Shown here in pieces: positions 18,307 through 27,495 of a DNA stretch of 64,000 nt (the stretch's first letter is position 1; each line of letters opens with the position of its first letter). The notes under the pieces were generated by a model. The model was given only the letters and a program-made list of their open reading frames with translations, made no database searches and was not told the origin of the DNA. Both the position numbers and the translations under genes were made by a program. Source of the stretch: Ruminococcus sp. (GTDB taxonomy: Bacteria > Bacillota > Clostridia > Oscillospirales > Ruminococcaceae); NCBI GenBank assembly GCA_045659945.1, contig JAZRCW010000010.1:60884-124883 (forward strand), read 5' to 3'.

Positions 18307-19587
18307 TTAGCTGTTGAGAGCTTTCTGTCCGATGTCCTTACGGTAGTGTGCACCCTCAAAGCTGATACCCTCAACGCCCTTATAAGCGATATCAAGAGCC
18401 TGTCGGAGGTCGTCACCCTTTGCAGTTACACCAATAACTCTGCCGCCGTTGGTGAGAAATTCGCCATTGTCGGAAAGCTTAGTTCCTGCGTGATATACAA
18501 AGCAGTTTTCAACCTGTCCCATATCGTCAAAGCCGTTCATTACGATGCCCTTGGGGTAGCTTTCGGGATAGCCGCCGCTTGCCATAACTACGCAGGCACA
18601 AGCACCGTCGTGCCACTTTACATCAACCTTGTCAAGCTCGTGGTTGTAGATAGCCTCGAAAATCTCGTAAAGGTCAGCGTCAAGCATAGGAAGTACTACC
18701 TGTGTTTCGGGATCGCCAAAACGGCAGTTGTACTCGATTACCTTTGGCCCCTTGGGAGTTATCATAAGTCCGAAGTAGAGACAGCCCTCGAATGTACGTC
18801 CCTCGGAGTTCATTGCATTCATTGTGGGAATGAAAATCTTCTCCATGCACTCCTTTGCAAGCTCCTCGGTATAACAGGGATTGGGGGAAATTGTACCCAT
18901 ACCGCCTGTATTGAGTCCCATATCGCCGTCAAGAGCACGCTTGTGATCCATTGATGAAATCATAGGAATCATTGTCTTGCCGTCTGTGAAAGAAAGTACA
19001 GACACCTCGGGGCCTGTGAGGTATTCCTCAATAACTATTCTTGCGGAACTCTTGCCGAATTTCAGATCGTCAATCATATCGTGGACAGCCTGTACAGCTT
19101 CCTCCTCGTTCTGTGCAATAATAACGCCCTTTCCGAGAGCAAGACCGTCAGCCTTGATAACTGCGGGGTAGCTGTTCTGCTCTTTGAGATATGCTATAGC
19201 CTTATCAGACTCTGTGAATACCTCGTAGAAAGCTGTGGGAATGTTGTACTTTTTCATAAGCTCCTTTGAGAATACCTTTGAGCCCTCGATAATTGCCGCA
19301 TTTGCCTTTGGACCAAATGTCATAAAGCCCTCAGCCTGCAATGCGTCTACCATTCCGAGAACAAGGGGATCATCGGGAGCAACTACTACCATATCGGGTT
19401 TAAGCTCCTTAGCAAGAGCAACTACGCCCTCAATATCGGTTGCACCTACGTTGAAGCACTCCGCATATTTAGATATACCGCCATTGCCTGGGGTACAGTA
19501 AATCTTGTCTACCTGCTTGCTCTCTGCAAGCTTCATAATAATTGCGTGTTCACGGCCACCGCCGCCAATTACAAGTACGTTTTTCAT
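18307..19587 (-). CDS. purD: Phosphoribosylamine-glycine ligase
   Basis: MKNVLVIGGGGREHAI N-terminus, ATP-grasp region, 426 aa. Confidence 0.95.
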   Translation of the reverse strand: MKNVLVIGGGGREHAIIMKLAESKQVDKIYCTPGNGGISKYAECFNVGATDIEGVVALAKELKPDMVVVAPDDPLVLGMVDALQAEGFMTFGPKANAAIIEGSKVFSKELMKKYNIPTAFYEVFTESDKAIAYLKEQNSYPAVIKADGLALGKGVIIAQNEEEAVQAVHDMIDDLKFGKSSARIVIEEYLTGPEVSVLSFTDGKTMIPMISSMDHKRALDGDMGLNTGGMGTISPNPCYTEELAKECMEKIFIPTMNAMNSEGRTFEGCLYFGLMITPKGPKVIEYNCRFGDPETQVVLPMLDADLYEIFEAIYNHELDKVDVKWHDGACACVVMASGGYPESYPKGIVMNGFDDMGQVENCFVYHAGTKLSDNGEFLTNGGRVIGVTAKGDDLRQALDIAYKGVEGISFEGAHYRKDIGQKALNS

Positions 19588-19617
19588 TGGTTTTTCCTCC
19601 TTTTTATGGGGGTTATT

Positions 19618-20592
19618 TTATTTTATAACAATATTTTCTATCAGCTTTTCAAAATCGGCTTTTACCTGTTCGTGACCGTTAGTATCGCTGTTATAAATTT
19701 CAAAGCTGTAAATCACATCATTTTTTTCAAATGCATATATTGTTGTTCTTCTCCAGCTATCATTATCATAATACATAACACTATAGCCATCAAATCCAAG
19801 AATTTCTGTTTCAGATATATCTTCAACAAAATCAAAATCTTCTGTTGAATCAAAGTATATTTCTCTGATATATTCCTCTGCTGAATTGTATTCTGAATTT
19901 GTTATGGCTTCTAACGTCAGTGTGGCAATTTCTTCTGCTAAAGTATCAACATCAAAATATATTATGTGTGCCGCATTATCATTTTCAGTTGCAACTGAAG
20001 AAAATATTGTATACTCATCGGGAATGTTAATTGAAAAATAGTCACACTCAAATTCTGTTTTCGGTCGTTTAATATTGCCATAAGTTCTGGCACTTTCAAT
20101 TATTTCAAATGCAAGCTGACGTATGAGGTTTTCATCTTTGTCTTTGGGATAAGTCACTTCTACTCCAAAGCCGTTGAGAACATAATCTTTTCCATTTGTT
20201 TCATATATTGTGTATCTTTCATTTTCATCTGTATCAAAAGAATAAGCAATAACATCATACCTTCCGCATTCTATAATTTCATATGAACAATTTTGCTTGT
20301 CCGCATATATCCGGTTATAATGTTCTATAAGAACTTCGTTAGTTATGCTTCCATAAAAATCATAATTGCCGAAAACTCTAAAGACCGTATCATTATCATA
20401 ATGATAATTGTCGAGTAACTCGCCCTTTTTGAAATCACTTCTCACATCATATTCTACCCATTTAACCATTTCAACCGTTTCATAGCTTGAAGCCTCTTTC
20501 AGATTGCCGCTTTCGTCAAGGTCTGAACAGCCTGTAAATGTACATACGGACATAGCCATAGCGGTAAATACTGATAAAAATTTTTTGTTCAT
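19618..20592 (-). CDS. Hypothetical lipoprotein
   Basis: Lipobox FTAMAMSVCTFTGC. 324 aa acidic protein with no recognisable domain. Confidence 0.65.
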   Translation of the reverse strand: MNKKFLSVFTAMAMSVCTFTGCSDLDESGNLKEASSYETVEMVKWVEYDVRSDFKKGELLDNYHYDNDTVFRVFGNYDFYGSITNEVLIEHYNRIYADKQNCSYEIIECGRYDVIAYSFDTDENERYTIYETNGKDYVLNGFGVEVTYPKDKDENLIRQLAFEIIESARTYGNIKRPKTEFECDYFSINIPDEYTIFSSVATENDNAAHIIYFDVDTLAEEIATLTLEAITNSEYNSAEEYIREIYFDSTEDFDFVEDISETEILGFDGYSVMYYDNDSWRRTTIYAFEKNDVIYSFEIYNSDTNGHEQVKADFEKLIENIVIK

Positions 20593-20653
20593 AATAATTC
20601 CCCTTATATCATTAATAATTTGTGCCTGTAGTGTTTTTACATCCCTTATTTTG

Positions 20654-20678
20654 CGGGCGGATAATATCCGCCCCTACA
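20654..20678. repeat. 25-nt palindrome-containing element CGGGCGGATAATATCCGCCCCTACA (copy 1)
   Basis: Exact reverse complement of 21996-22020. The core GGGCGGATA(A)TATCCGCCC is a 9-bp-stem hairpin. Confidence 0.95.
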
Positions 20679-20742
20679 TAAATAATACACCACAGGACAC
20701 GAAAAAGTTGCATTTATTCTAAAAATTGAGAGATTCCCTTTA

Positions 20743-21924
20743 TTAGTGGTGGAAAAGTCTGATTCCTGTAAATGCCATTGCTATATTGTACTTGTTGCAA
20801 GTATCAATAACATTGTCATCACGGATAGAGCCGCCTGGCTCTGCAATATACTCAACGCCTGACTTATTTGCACGCTCGATATTGTCGCCGAATGGGAAGA
20901 ATGCGTCAGAACCAAGGCATACACCTGTATTCTTTGCAAGCCATGCCTTTTTCTCCTCAACAGTAAATACCTCGGGCTTAACCTTGAAGATATTCTGCCA
21001 TGTACCCTCTGCAAGTACATCCTCATACTCATCGCCAATGTATACATCAATTGCGTTGTCACGGTCAGCACGGCGGATATCGTCAACAAACTGGAGTCCC
21101 ATAACCTGTGGTGACTGTCTTAACCACCAGTTATCAGCTTTCTGTCCTGCAAGGCGTGTGCAGTGAATTCTTGACTGCTGACCTGCTCCGATACCGATTG
21201 CCTGTCCGTCCTTTACGTAGCATACAGAGTTGGACTGTGTGTATTTGAGAGTGATAAGAGAGATAAGGAGGTCATCTTTCTTATCCTCGGGAATTTCCTT
21301 GTTATCTGTTACGATATTTGCAAGGAGGTCACGGTTGATGTCAAGCTCGTTTCTGCCCTGCTCGAAAGATACGCCGTATACCTGTTTTGTTTCGATTGGT
21401 GCAGGCTTGTAGTTCTCGTCAATTTTAAGAACGCAGTATGTGCCCTTTCTCTTTGACTTGAGAATTTCAAGTGCCTCATCGTCATAATCGGGAGCGATTA
21501 CACCGTCAGAAACTTCACGCTGAATCATCTTTGCTGTGCATACGTCAACCTTATCTGAAAGAGCGATAAAGTCGCCGTATGAGGACATTCTGTCTGCACC
21601 TCTTGCTCTTGCGTATGCTGATGCAAGGGGTGTAAGCTCGCCTAAATCGTCTACCCAGTAAATCTTCTTTAAATCGTCAGAAAGAGGTCTGCCTATTGCT
21701 GCACCTGCAGGAGAAACGTGCTTGAAAGATGTTGCTGCACATACGCCTGTAGCTGCTTTAAGCTCCTTTACAAGCTGCCAGCCGTTGAGTGCGTCAAGAA
21801 GATTGATATAGCCCGGACGTCCGCAAAGCACCTCGATAGGAAGCTCGCTGCCGTCAGCCATGTATACTCTTGAGGGCTTCTGATTGGGGTTGCAACCATA
21901 TTTTAACTGCATTTCATTTGACAT
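20743..21924 (-). CDS. purH: AICAR formyltransferase (PurH, formyltransferase domain only)
   Basis: Starts MSNEMQLKYGCNPNQK, typical of stand-alone AICARFT. About 393 aa. No MGS-like IMP cyclohydrolase domain. Confidence 0.9.
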   Translation of the reverse strand: MSNEMQLKYGCNPNQKPSRVYMADGSELPIEVLCGRPGYINLLDALNGWQLVKELKAATGVCAATSFKHVSPAGAAIGRPLSDDLKKIYWVDDLGELTPLASAYARARGADRMSSYGDFIALSDKVDVCTAKMIQREVSDGVIAPDYDDEALEILKSKRKGTYCVLKIDENYKPAPIETKQVYGVSFEQGRNELDINRDLLANIVTDNKEIPEDKKDDLLISLITLKYTQSNSVCYVKDGQAIGIGAGQQSRIHCTRLAGQKADNWWLRQSPQVMGLQFVDDIRRADRDNAIDVYIGDEYEDVLAEGTWQNIFKVKPEVFTVEEKKAWLAKNTGVCLGSDAFFPFGDNIERANKSGVEYIAEPGGSIRDDNVIDTCNKYNIAMAFTGIRLFHH

Positions 21925-21995
21925 AATAATGTCCTCCTTTTTAAATTTGTAATTCTTAATGCGTAATGCGTAATTACACACCTGAGATTTTGTTT

Positions 21996-22020
21996 TGTAG
22001 GGGCGGATATTATCCGCCCG
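21996..22020. repeat. 25-nt palindrome-containing element (copy 2, inverted)
   Basis: tgtaggggcggatattatccgcccg is the reverse complement of 20654-20678. Confidence 0.95.
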
Positions 22021-22026
22021 ATAACA

Positions 22027-22914
22027 TCAATAATCTTCGTATTCGTATCTTATTTCGGAAGAATCGTCAACTTCGAGTATCTTGCGGTTTTTATCATCAT
22101 ACTCATAGTTTATCACAACATGCTGTTCAGAACCGTAGACATCCGAGGTCTTCTTGATAAGGTTGCTGTGGTCATCGTACTCGTACACATACGTAAAATC
22201 CTTGAACGTTTCTTTTTTATTTCCGAATTTATCCTTTGTACGTTCTCGGGTTTCTGTAAGCATATTTCCGGCATCGTCATAGGTATATGTATGCTCTGCA
22301 ATTTCATCCTTATGAGCAGAATCATTAACAGTTTTCTTTGTGATATTACCATTTTCGTCATATTCGTACGTATACTTGTATACCCTTTCTATGCCTTCAT
22401 CGACATCGGCACTGAACCATTCAGTCTCATTGCCATGCTCGTCATACTTTGTTTCGTAGTATGACGATTTTTTGAGTTCGCCGTTGTTATTGTAATAGAT
22501 CGTTGTACTTGTCTGATTTCCTGCTTCATCATAGGTATTGATAAATACAGCTCCTATATCGTTTTTATCATTGCTGTACCATATATCTTTCAAAAGATTT
22601 CCGTTTTCATCGTACACTAAGCCATACTCTGTGTCCAAAGAAGAATGTATTACTTCGCCTGTATTGATATCCAACTTATTCTTTTTGATAGTATGATCAT
22701 GCTCATCGTAAAGAATTTCATACTTCTCTTTAAGCTCGCCATTATCATAATGCGATTCTATGCATTTATAAGCTGGTTCATTTTCGGGAATTGTCAGTTC
22801 TTCTTCAGAAAGAGTATCGGGCATAGCTTCGAATTTTTCAGGCATTTCATTCTTGCAAGCGACAAGCGAGAAAAGCATTGCCGTAGCAATTAATATAGCA
22901 TATATTCTTTTCAT
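22027..22914 (-). CDS. Lipoprotein built of YD-like repeats
   Basis: Lipobox LFSLVAC. Repeated Y(x)YDxxGN(x)xK units: YDENGNLLK, TYDEAGNQTS, KYDEHGNETE, YEYDENGNITKK, YTYDDAGNMLTE, YEYDDHSNLIKK, YEYDDKNRKILE. The ATG at 22914 avoids overlap with purO. Confidence 0.75.
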   Translation of the reverse strand: MKRIYAILIATAMLFSLVACKNEMPEKFEAMPDTLSEEELTIPENEPAYKCIESHYDNGELKEKYEILYDEHDHTIKKNKLDINTGEVIHSSLDTEYGLVYDENGNLLKDIWYSNDKNDIGAVFINTYDEAGNQTSTTIYYNNNGELKKSSYYETKYDEHGNETEWFSADVDEGIERVYKYTYEYDENGNITKKTVNDSAHKDEIAEHTYTYDDAGNMLTETRERTKDKFGNKKETFKDFTYVYEYDDHSNLIKKTSDVYGSEQHVVINYEYDDKNRKILEVDDSSEIRYEYEDY

Positions 22915-22924
22915 CGGAAAAGCC

Positions 22925-23638
22925 TTATTTATTCTTATTAATAATTCTTGTTTCAACAGAACCGTCCTCAAGATTTACAAAGCGAACAAAGAGAGATACC
23001 TTGTTATCCTCGTTGAGATTGTTCCAGAGCATATCTGTAAATTCGTCGATATTTCCGCTGATTTCTACAAGCTTAGGCTCGCCCTCGAAGCTTGGGAGAG
23101 GATTGCCGTCGCCCATATATGTGTGAATAAAGCGTCCCTCGCCGTTGATTGGGTCATTGTAGCTGAATGTGTATCTCTGGCAGGAATCGGGGTTGCCGTT
23201 TGCACTTTTGAGAATTGACATTGCATAGTTGAAGCCGTCCTCGTCAAAACGGAGAATACCTGAAATACGAGGTGTGTAGTTGGGAGCGTCGTCCTCAAAT
23301 TCACGTGTACGGAGAGCCTGCTCAAATGTGAACTGCTTATCCATAAGCTCGTAAATTGTATCAGTCTGATCGCCGTTTGTAACAATAAGCTTATTTCCAA
23401 GAACTCTTACAGGTGCGTAAATAATAAGGTGGGGATCAGTAAGCTTTGAGGGATCAAATGCCTGTGTGCGGATGCCCTCGCCGTCCTCAACGAATACACG
23501 GTTACGACTGTTTTCGCTTCTGCCCATAATGAAATAGCCTGTTACAGCATATTTGCCGTCCTCTGACTTACCGATAACGATACCTCTGCCGGGGTATGCG
23601 TTTGAACTTAATTCCTTTGCTAAATCCAGTTTAATCAT
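22925..23638 (-). CDS. purO: IMP cyclohydrolase, PurO (archaeal) type
   Basis: NAYPGRGIVIGKSEDGKYAVTGYFIMGRSENSRNRVF is characteristic of the PurO-type IMP cyclohydrolase family. Confidence 0.8.
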   Translation of the reverse strand: MIKLDLAKELSSNAYPGRGIVIGKSEDGKYAVTGYFIMGRSENSRNRVFVEDGEGIRTQAFDPSKLTDPHLIIYAPVRVLGNKLIVTNGDQTDTIYELMDKQFTFEQALRTREFEDDAPNYTPRISGILRFDEDGFNYAMSILKSANGNPDSCQRYTFSYNDPINGEGRFIHTYMGDGNPLPSFEGEPKLVEISGNIDEFTDMLWNNLNEDNKVSLFVRFVNLEDGSVETRIINKNK

Positions 23639-23651
23639 AATAATTTACTCC

Positions 23652-24212
23652 TCACTTGATAATAAAAGTATATATACAGTCCGCAAGGACTATTAATGCA
23701 ACGAACGCTGTAATGATATTCAGCGTTTTTTCCTTTGGCTTTGCAAGCAGCCAGTCGTAAAACGGCTGTACTATGTAGAGGAAAAGCAATCCGCCCAATC
23801 CGAAACGTATTGACGGGCTCAACGCTATTCTCGCCTGAAAGTTTATGTCATAATCCGCATATGTCTGCCAGGGCCATGCACCTGTGAAAAATTCCAGTAT
23901 GTAGCTTGCCGCAAGCTCCACCGCTGTGGCTATCGCCATACAGCCGAGGAATATAATAAACGGTTTGACATATACGAGCCATTCAGGCTCTTTTTTCTTC
24001 ATAAGCGGTCGGAATGCTCCGAGGAAAAGTATGGCTCCCACTCCGTAAACGGGGCAATATGGGCCAAATAATACTCCCCTGTCGGAATATCCCCAACGGT
24101 AAACCACGACTTCAAGAAAAACCTCATAAAACCAGCCGAGAAAGGCATACATCATAAAGCACAGAAAAAGCTTCTGTATACGCTGATTTTCCGTAATAAC
24201 CGAAAGCTTCAT
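23652..24212 (-). CDS. Small multi-pass membrane protein (putative ABC-transporter type IV / PF06541-like)
   Basis: FMMYAFLGWFYEVFLEVVVY motif and 5-6 TM helices. Confidence 0.6.
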   Translation of the reverse strand: MKLSVITENQRIQKLFLCFMMYAFLGWFYEVFLEVVVYRWGYSDRGVLFGPYCPVYGVGAILFLGAFRPLMKKKEPEWLVYVKPFIIFLGCMAIATAVELAASYILEFFTGAWPWQTYADYDINFQARIALSPSIRFGLGGLLFLYIVQPFYDWLLAKPKEKTLNIITAFVALIVLADCIYTFIIK

Positions 24213-24216
24213 AGGC

Positions 24217-24843
24217 TTATCCCTTTACATACGCCTTGCCGTCGATGATTTCGATTTTATCCTGACAGAAAAGTGATACAGCCTTTGGAAGCAGCTTCCA
24301 CTCCACATTCTCCATAATACGCTTCTGGAGAATTTCGGGGGTATCGTCCTTTTCAACAGCTACAACGCCCTGCAGGATAATTGCACCCGCGTCGGCTTCT
24401 TCATTTACGAAATGAATTGTAGCACCGCTTACCTTTACTCCGTAAGCAAGAGCCGCTTCGTGGACTTTAAGCCCGTAATAACCCTCTCCGCAGAATGAGG
24501 GAATAAGTGCAGGGTGAACGTTAATTATCTTATATGCGTACTTGCTTGTAACGCATTCATCAAGAATTGTCATAAAGCCTGCAAGTACAACTAAATCAGC
24601 CTGCTCCTCGTCAAGGGCATTGAGTACAGCCATACTGTAAGACTTTGAATCTGAATAATCCTTTCTGGGGATTACTCTTGTGGATATACCGTTATTTTTT
24701 GCTCTTTCGAGAGCATATGCGGAAGAATTTGAAGATATAACGCAGGTAATTTTACCGCCGATAATATCTCCTGCCTTTTCAGCGTCAATAAGTGCCTGTA
24801 AATTCGTACCGCCGCCCGAAACGAGAACAACTATATTTTTCAT
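24217..24843 (-). CDS. purN: Phosphoribosylglycinamide formyltransferase
   Basis: MKNIVVLVSGGGTNLQALID, ...INVHPALIPSF. Confidence 0.9.
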   Translation of the reverse strand: MKNIVVLVSGGGTNLQALIDAEKAGDIIGGKITCVISSNSSAYALERAKNNGISTRVIPRKDYSDSKSYSMAVLNALDEEQADLVVLAGFMTILDECVTSKYAYKIINVHPALIPSFCGEGYYGLKVHEAALAYGVKVSGATIHFVNEEADAGAIILQGVVAVEKDDTPEILQKRIMENVEWKLLPKAVSLFCQDKIEIIDGKAYVKG

Positions 24844-24860
24844 CTGTATCGCTCCTTATA

Positions 24861-25334
24861 CTATAAACTCAAAGCTATAATAGCTATAATAACAACTGCC
24901 GCAGCTATGCCGCCTACTATTATGCTCCTGTAGTAAATTTCCGTAAGCTCTTTTTCACGGTTTGCAAAGTAGAAAAACATGGAATCATCGGGAGTATAGC
25001 GTATAAGCTCCTCGTCGCCGATTTCATATCTTTTCTTCTTATCGGGATAGGCATAAACGGAACTTATGAGCTCACCCTCTGCCGTTTCATACTCAACCAC
25101 AGGATAATAATATTCTCCGACAGTCTTTTCCGTGTGATATTCCGTTATTTTACCATATGCGGCTTCTGTGTTTTCAATGCGTTTATTTATTTTTCTGATA
25201 TGATACAGAAAAAGCATCACCATTGCTGCGTATATACCCAGCAAGCCATAAAGGAGATACCCGAAATGATATGTAACTCCCACGGCTATGAACGATAATA
25301 CTGCCCATACATAATCGGCTTTTTCAACTTTCAT
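24861..25334 (-). CDS. Membrane protein, DUF3592-like
   Basis: Two N-terminal TM helices, a beta-rich middle (YYPVVEYETAEGELISSVYAY...IRYTPDD) and a C-terminal TM. The ATG at 25334 follows a GAGGAG RBS. Confidence 0.55.
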   Translation of the reverse strand: MKVEKADYVWAVLSFIAVGVTYHFGYLLYGLLGIYAAMVMLFLYHIRKINKRIENTEAAYGKITEYHTEKTVGEYYYPVVEYETAEGELISSVYAYPDKKKRYEIGDEELIRYTPDDSMFFYFANREKELTEIYYRSIIVGGIAAAVVIIAIIALSL

Positions 25335-25344
25335 AAGCTGCTCC

Positions 25345-26229
25345 TCACTTCGGGAACTGAACATGTCCCGGTATTATTTCTGTATCATCGGTAGACAAAG
25401 GAATGTTTTCGTCTATTATAACCTGTCCATAGATATCGGTAATTCTGAATGTAAAGGGCCCCTTTCCCATTTCCATAGACTCAAAATAATTGTACGGACG
25501 GCGTTGTATTTCCACAAATTCGCCGTTTTTGTTGAGATATTCAAGCTTTGTAATGGGATAGCGATGATTACGCACCTGCACTCCACACCAGTATTCCGTT
25601 GTACCCTCTTTCCACTTGTAGCACACAGGGGCATTTTCCGCTGTATCAAGGGGTACTATCTTCCATGACACGGGAACTCTGCCCTTTTCTTTCGGTGCAA
25701 TAAGCGGAAATGCGTCAACGTACAGGTCAAGGTCTCCTTTTTTGCCCTCGGGGAGCAAGTCCGTTACAAGCATATTTATAGTGCCAAGCTCGCCTGTAAC
25801 TTCAAGATATGCACCTGCAAGCTGCCCGTCGTTGTAGTCCGCAAGATTCATTGCCACTATCCAGTAATCCGTAGAAACAGGGTCAAGCATTGCACAGCCG
25901 CCAACATATCCGCCGCCGTAATATGTACCCTCGCCTGTGTGTATCGTACCTTTCGGTTCAAGAATACAGCTTTCGTCAATGGTGAAATCGTTGGGGATAT
26001 CCCCGATTTCTTCATCTCTGTAGCCGTCACCAACACCAAGGAGAAAATCAGCCATAAGCTGGAGTTTTTCAGCTTCAAGTCCGCTTTTTCTTGCAAGAAT
26101 AAGGTCGAAAACATCCACACGTTCATCACCTGTGAAATCCATAGATACACCTGCTGAAAATGCAGGCACAGAAGAAATGCCTATAGCTACCACAACTGCC
26201 GCTGCCGATGCTGTCAGAAATCTTTTCAT
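25345..26229 (-). CDS. Secreted expansin-like protein (DPBB + CBM63-like domains) with N-terminal single dockerin-like Ca-loop
   Basis: Signal peptide. DFTGDERVDVFDLILARK EF-hand/dockerin-like segment. HTGEGTYYGGGYVGGCAMLD (DPBB). C-terminal aromatic-rich domain YKWKEGTTEYWCGVQVRNHRYPI. The ATG at 26229 is 9 nt after GGAG. Confidence 0.65.
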   Translation of the reverse strand: MKRFLTASAAAVVVAIGISSVPAFSAGVSMDFTGDERVDVFDLILARKSGLEAEKLQLMADFLLGVGDGYRDEEIGDIPNDFTIDESCILEPKGTIHTGEGTYYGGGYVGGCAMLDPVSTDYWIVAMNLADYNDGQLAGAYLEVTGELGTINMLVTDLLPEGKKGDLDLYVDAFPLIAPKEKGRVPVSWKIVPLDTAENAPVCYKWKEGTTEYWCGVQVRNHRYPITKLEYLNKNGEFVEIQRRPYNYFESMEMGKGPFTFRITDIYGQVIIDENIPLSTDDTEIIPGHVQFPK

Positions 26230-26268
26230 ATGCCTGCACTCCAATCTTTATATTTTGGATTAGCTTAT

Positions 26269-26432
26269 GGGCATCTCTAAAAACCGGAACACGAGCGAAA
26301 TTTCGTATATGACAAATATCAGTTACAAGGCGACAAACCGCAGTAATACTTGATGTATTACAAGGTTTTTCAACGCGGTAAATGATATTTGTCATAGAAA
26401 GTTCACCGTGAGGGAGGTTTTTAGAGGTGCCC
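26269..26432. mobile_element. MITE-like 164-bp element with 17-bp terminal inverted repeats and TTAT flanks
   Basis: GGGCATCTCTAAAAACC (26269-26285) and GGTTTTTAGAGGTGCCC (26416-26432) match 16/17. Nested 13-bp (26309-21 / 26383-95) and 7-bp (26343-49 / 26355-61) inverted repeats. TTAT on both sides. Confidence 0.5.
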
Positions 26433-26435
26433 TTA

Positions 26436-27473
26436 TTAACAAATAATTACGCCCTCTGTTGACTCAACAAGCTCACCGAGAACATATGCGTCCTCGCCTG
26501 CTGCCTTGAGAGCTGCAATTGCCTTATCTGCGTCGTTCTTGTCAACGCAGGCAATCATACCAACACCCATGTTGAATGTGTTGAACATATCACGCTCTGG
26601 AATATTTCCGCTGCGTGCAATAAGGTCGAAAATAGGAAGAACCTGTACTGCGTTACGCTCAATCTTTGCCGCAAGATTCTTGGGAAGTGAACGTGGAATA
26701 TTCTCATAGAAGCCGCCGCCTGTGATATGGGAAACAGACTTCACGTTTACTGTATCAATAAGATTCATAATAGCCTTTACGTAAATACGTGTAGGTGTAA
26801 GGAGAGTTTCGCCAAGAGTTGCACCTAAATCATCAAAATGCATAGCGAGATTCTGCTCGTTTACATCGAATACGCGTCTTACGAGGGAGAAACCGTTGGA
26901 GTGTACACCGCTTGACTTGATAGCGATAAGAACATCCCCTGCCTTCTGTGTATCGGGCTTTAAGATCTTGTCCTTATCAACAACACCTACAGAGAAGCCT
27001 GCAAGGTCGTATTCCTCCTCGGGCATAAGTCCGGGATGCTCTGCTGTTTCACCGCCAATAAGAGCACAGCCAGCCTGTACACAGCCCTCTGCAACGCCTG
27101 ATACGATTTCAGCAATCTTCTCGGGAATATTCTTTCCGCAAGCGATATAATCAAGGAAGAACTGGGGCTTTGCACCACAGCAGATAATATCATTTACACA
27201 CATAGCAACGCAGTCGATACCAACTGTATCGTGCTTGTCCATGATGAATGCAATTTTAATCTTTGTACCAACACCGTCTGTACCTGATACAAGTACGGGC
27301 TTGGAAATACCTGTCATATCAAGCTCGAAAAGGCCGCCGAAGCCGCCGATTCCGGAGATACATCCGGGGAGAGTTGTTCTTACAATGTGCTGTTTCATAA
27401 GCTCAACAGCCTTGTAACCGGCAGTAACGTCAACGCCTGCCTTCTTGTAGCTTTCGGAAAAACTGTTATTCAT
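26436..27473 (-). CDS. purM: Phosphoribosylformylglycinamidine cyclo-ligase
   Basis: [21 protein letters not shown], 345 aa. Confidence 0.95.
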   Translation of the reverse strand: MNNSFSESYKKAGVDVTAGYKAVELMKQHIVRTTLPGCISGIGGFGGLFELDMTGISKPVLVSGTDGVGTKIKIAFIMDKHDTVGIDCVAMCVNDIICCGAKPQFFLDYIACGKNIPEKIAEIVSGVAEGCVQAGCALIGGETAEHPGLMPEEEYDLAGFSVGVVDKDKILKPDTQKAGDVLIAIKSSGVHSNGFSLVRRVFDVNEQNLAMHFDDLGATLGETLLTPTRIYVKAIMNLIDTVNVKSVSHITGGGFYENIPRSLPKNLAAKIERNAVQVLPIFDLIARSGNIPERDMFNTFNMGVGMIACVDKNDADKAIAALKAAGEDAYVLGELVESTEGVIIC

Positions 27474-27495
27474 AAAATAATCCTCCAGTTATATA

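Noticed and set aside
26245-26435. Riboswitch controlling the expansin-like gene
   Set aside because: The region is essentially one long nested palindrome with terminal inverted repeats and duplicated TTAT flanks. No asymmetric conserved junction typical of an aptamer is visible, so a MITE-like element fits better.
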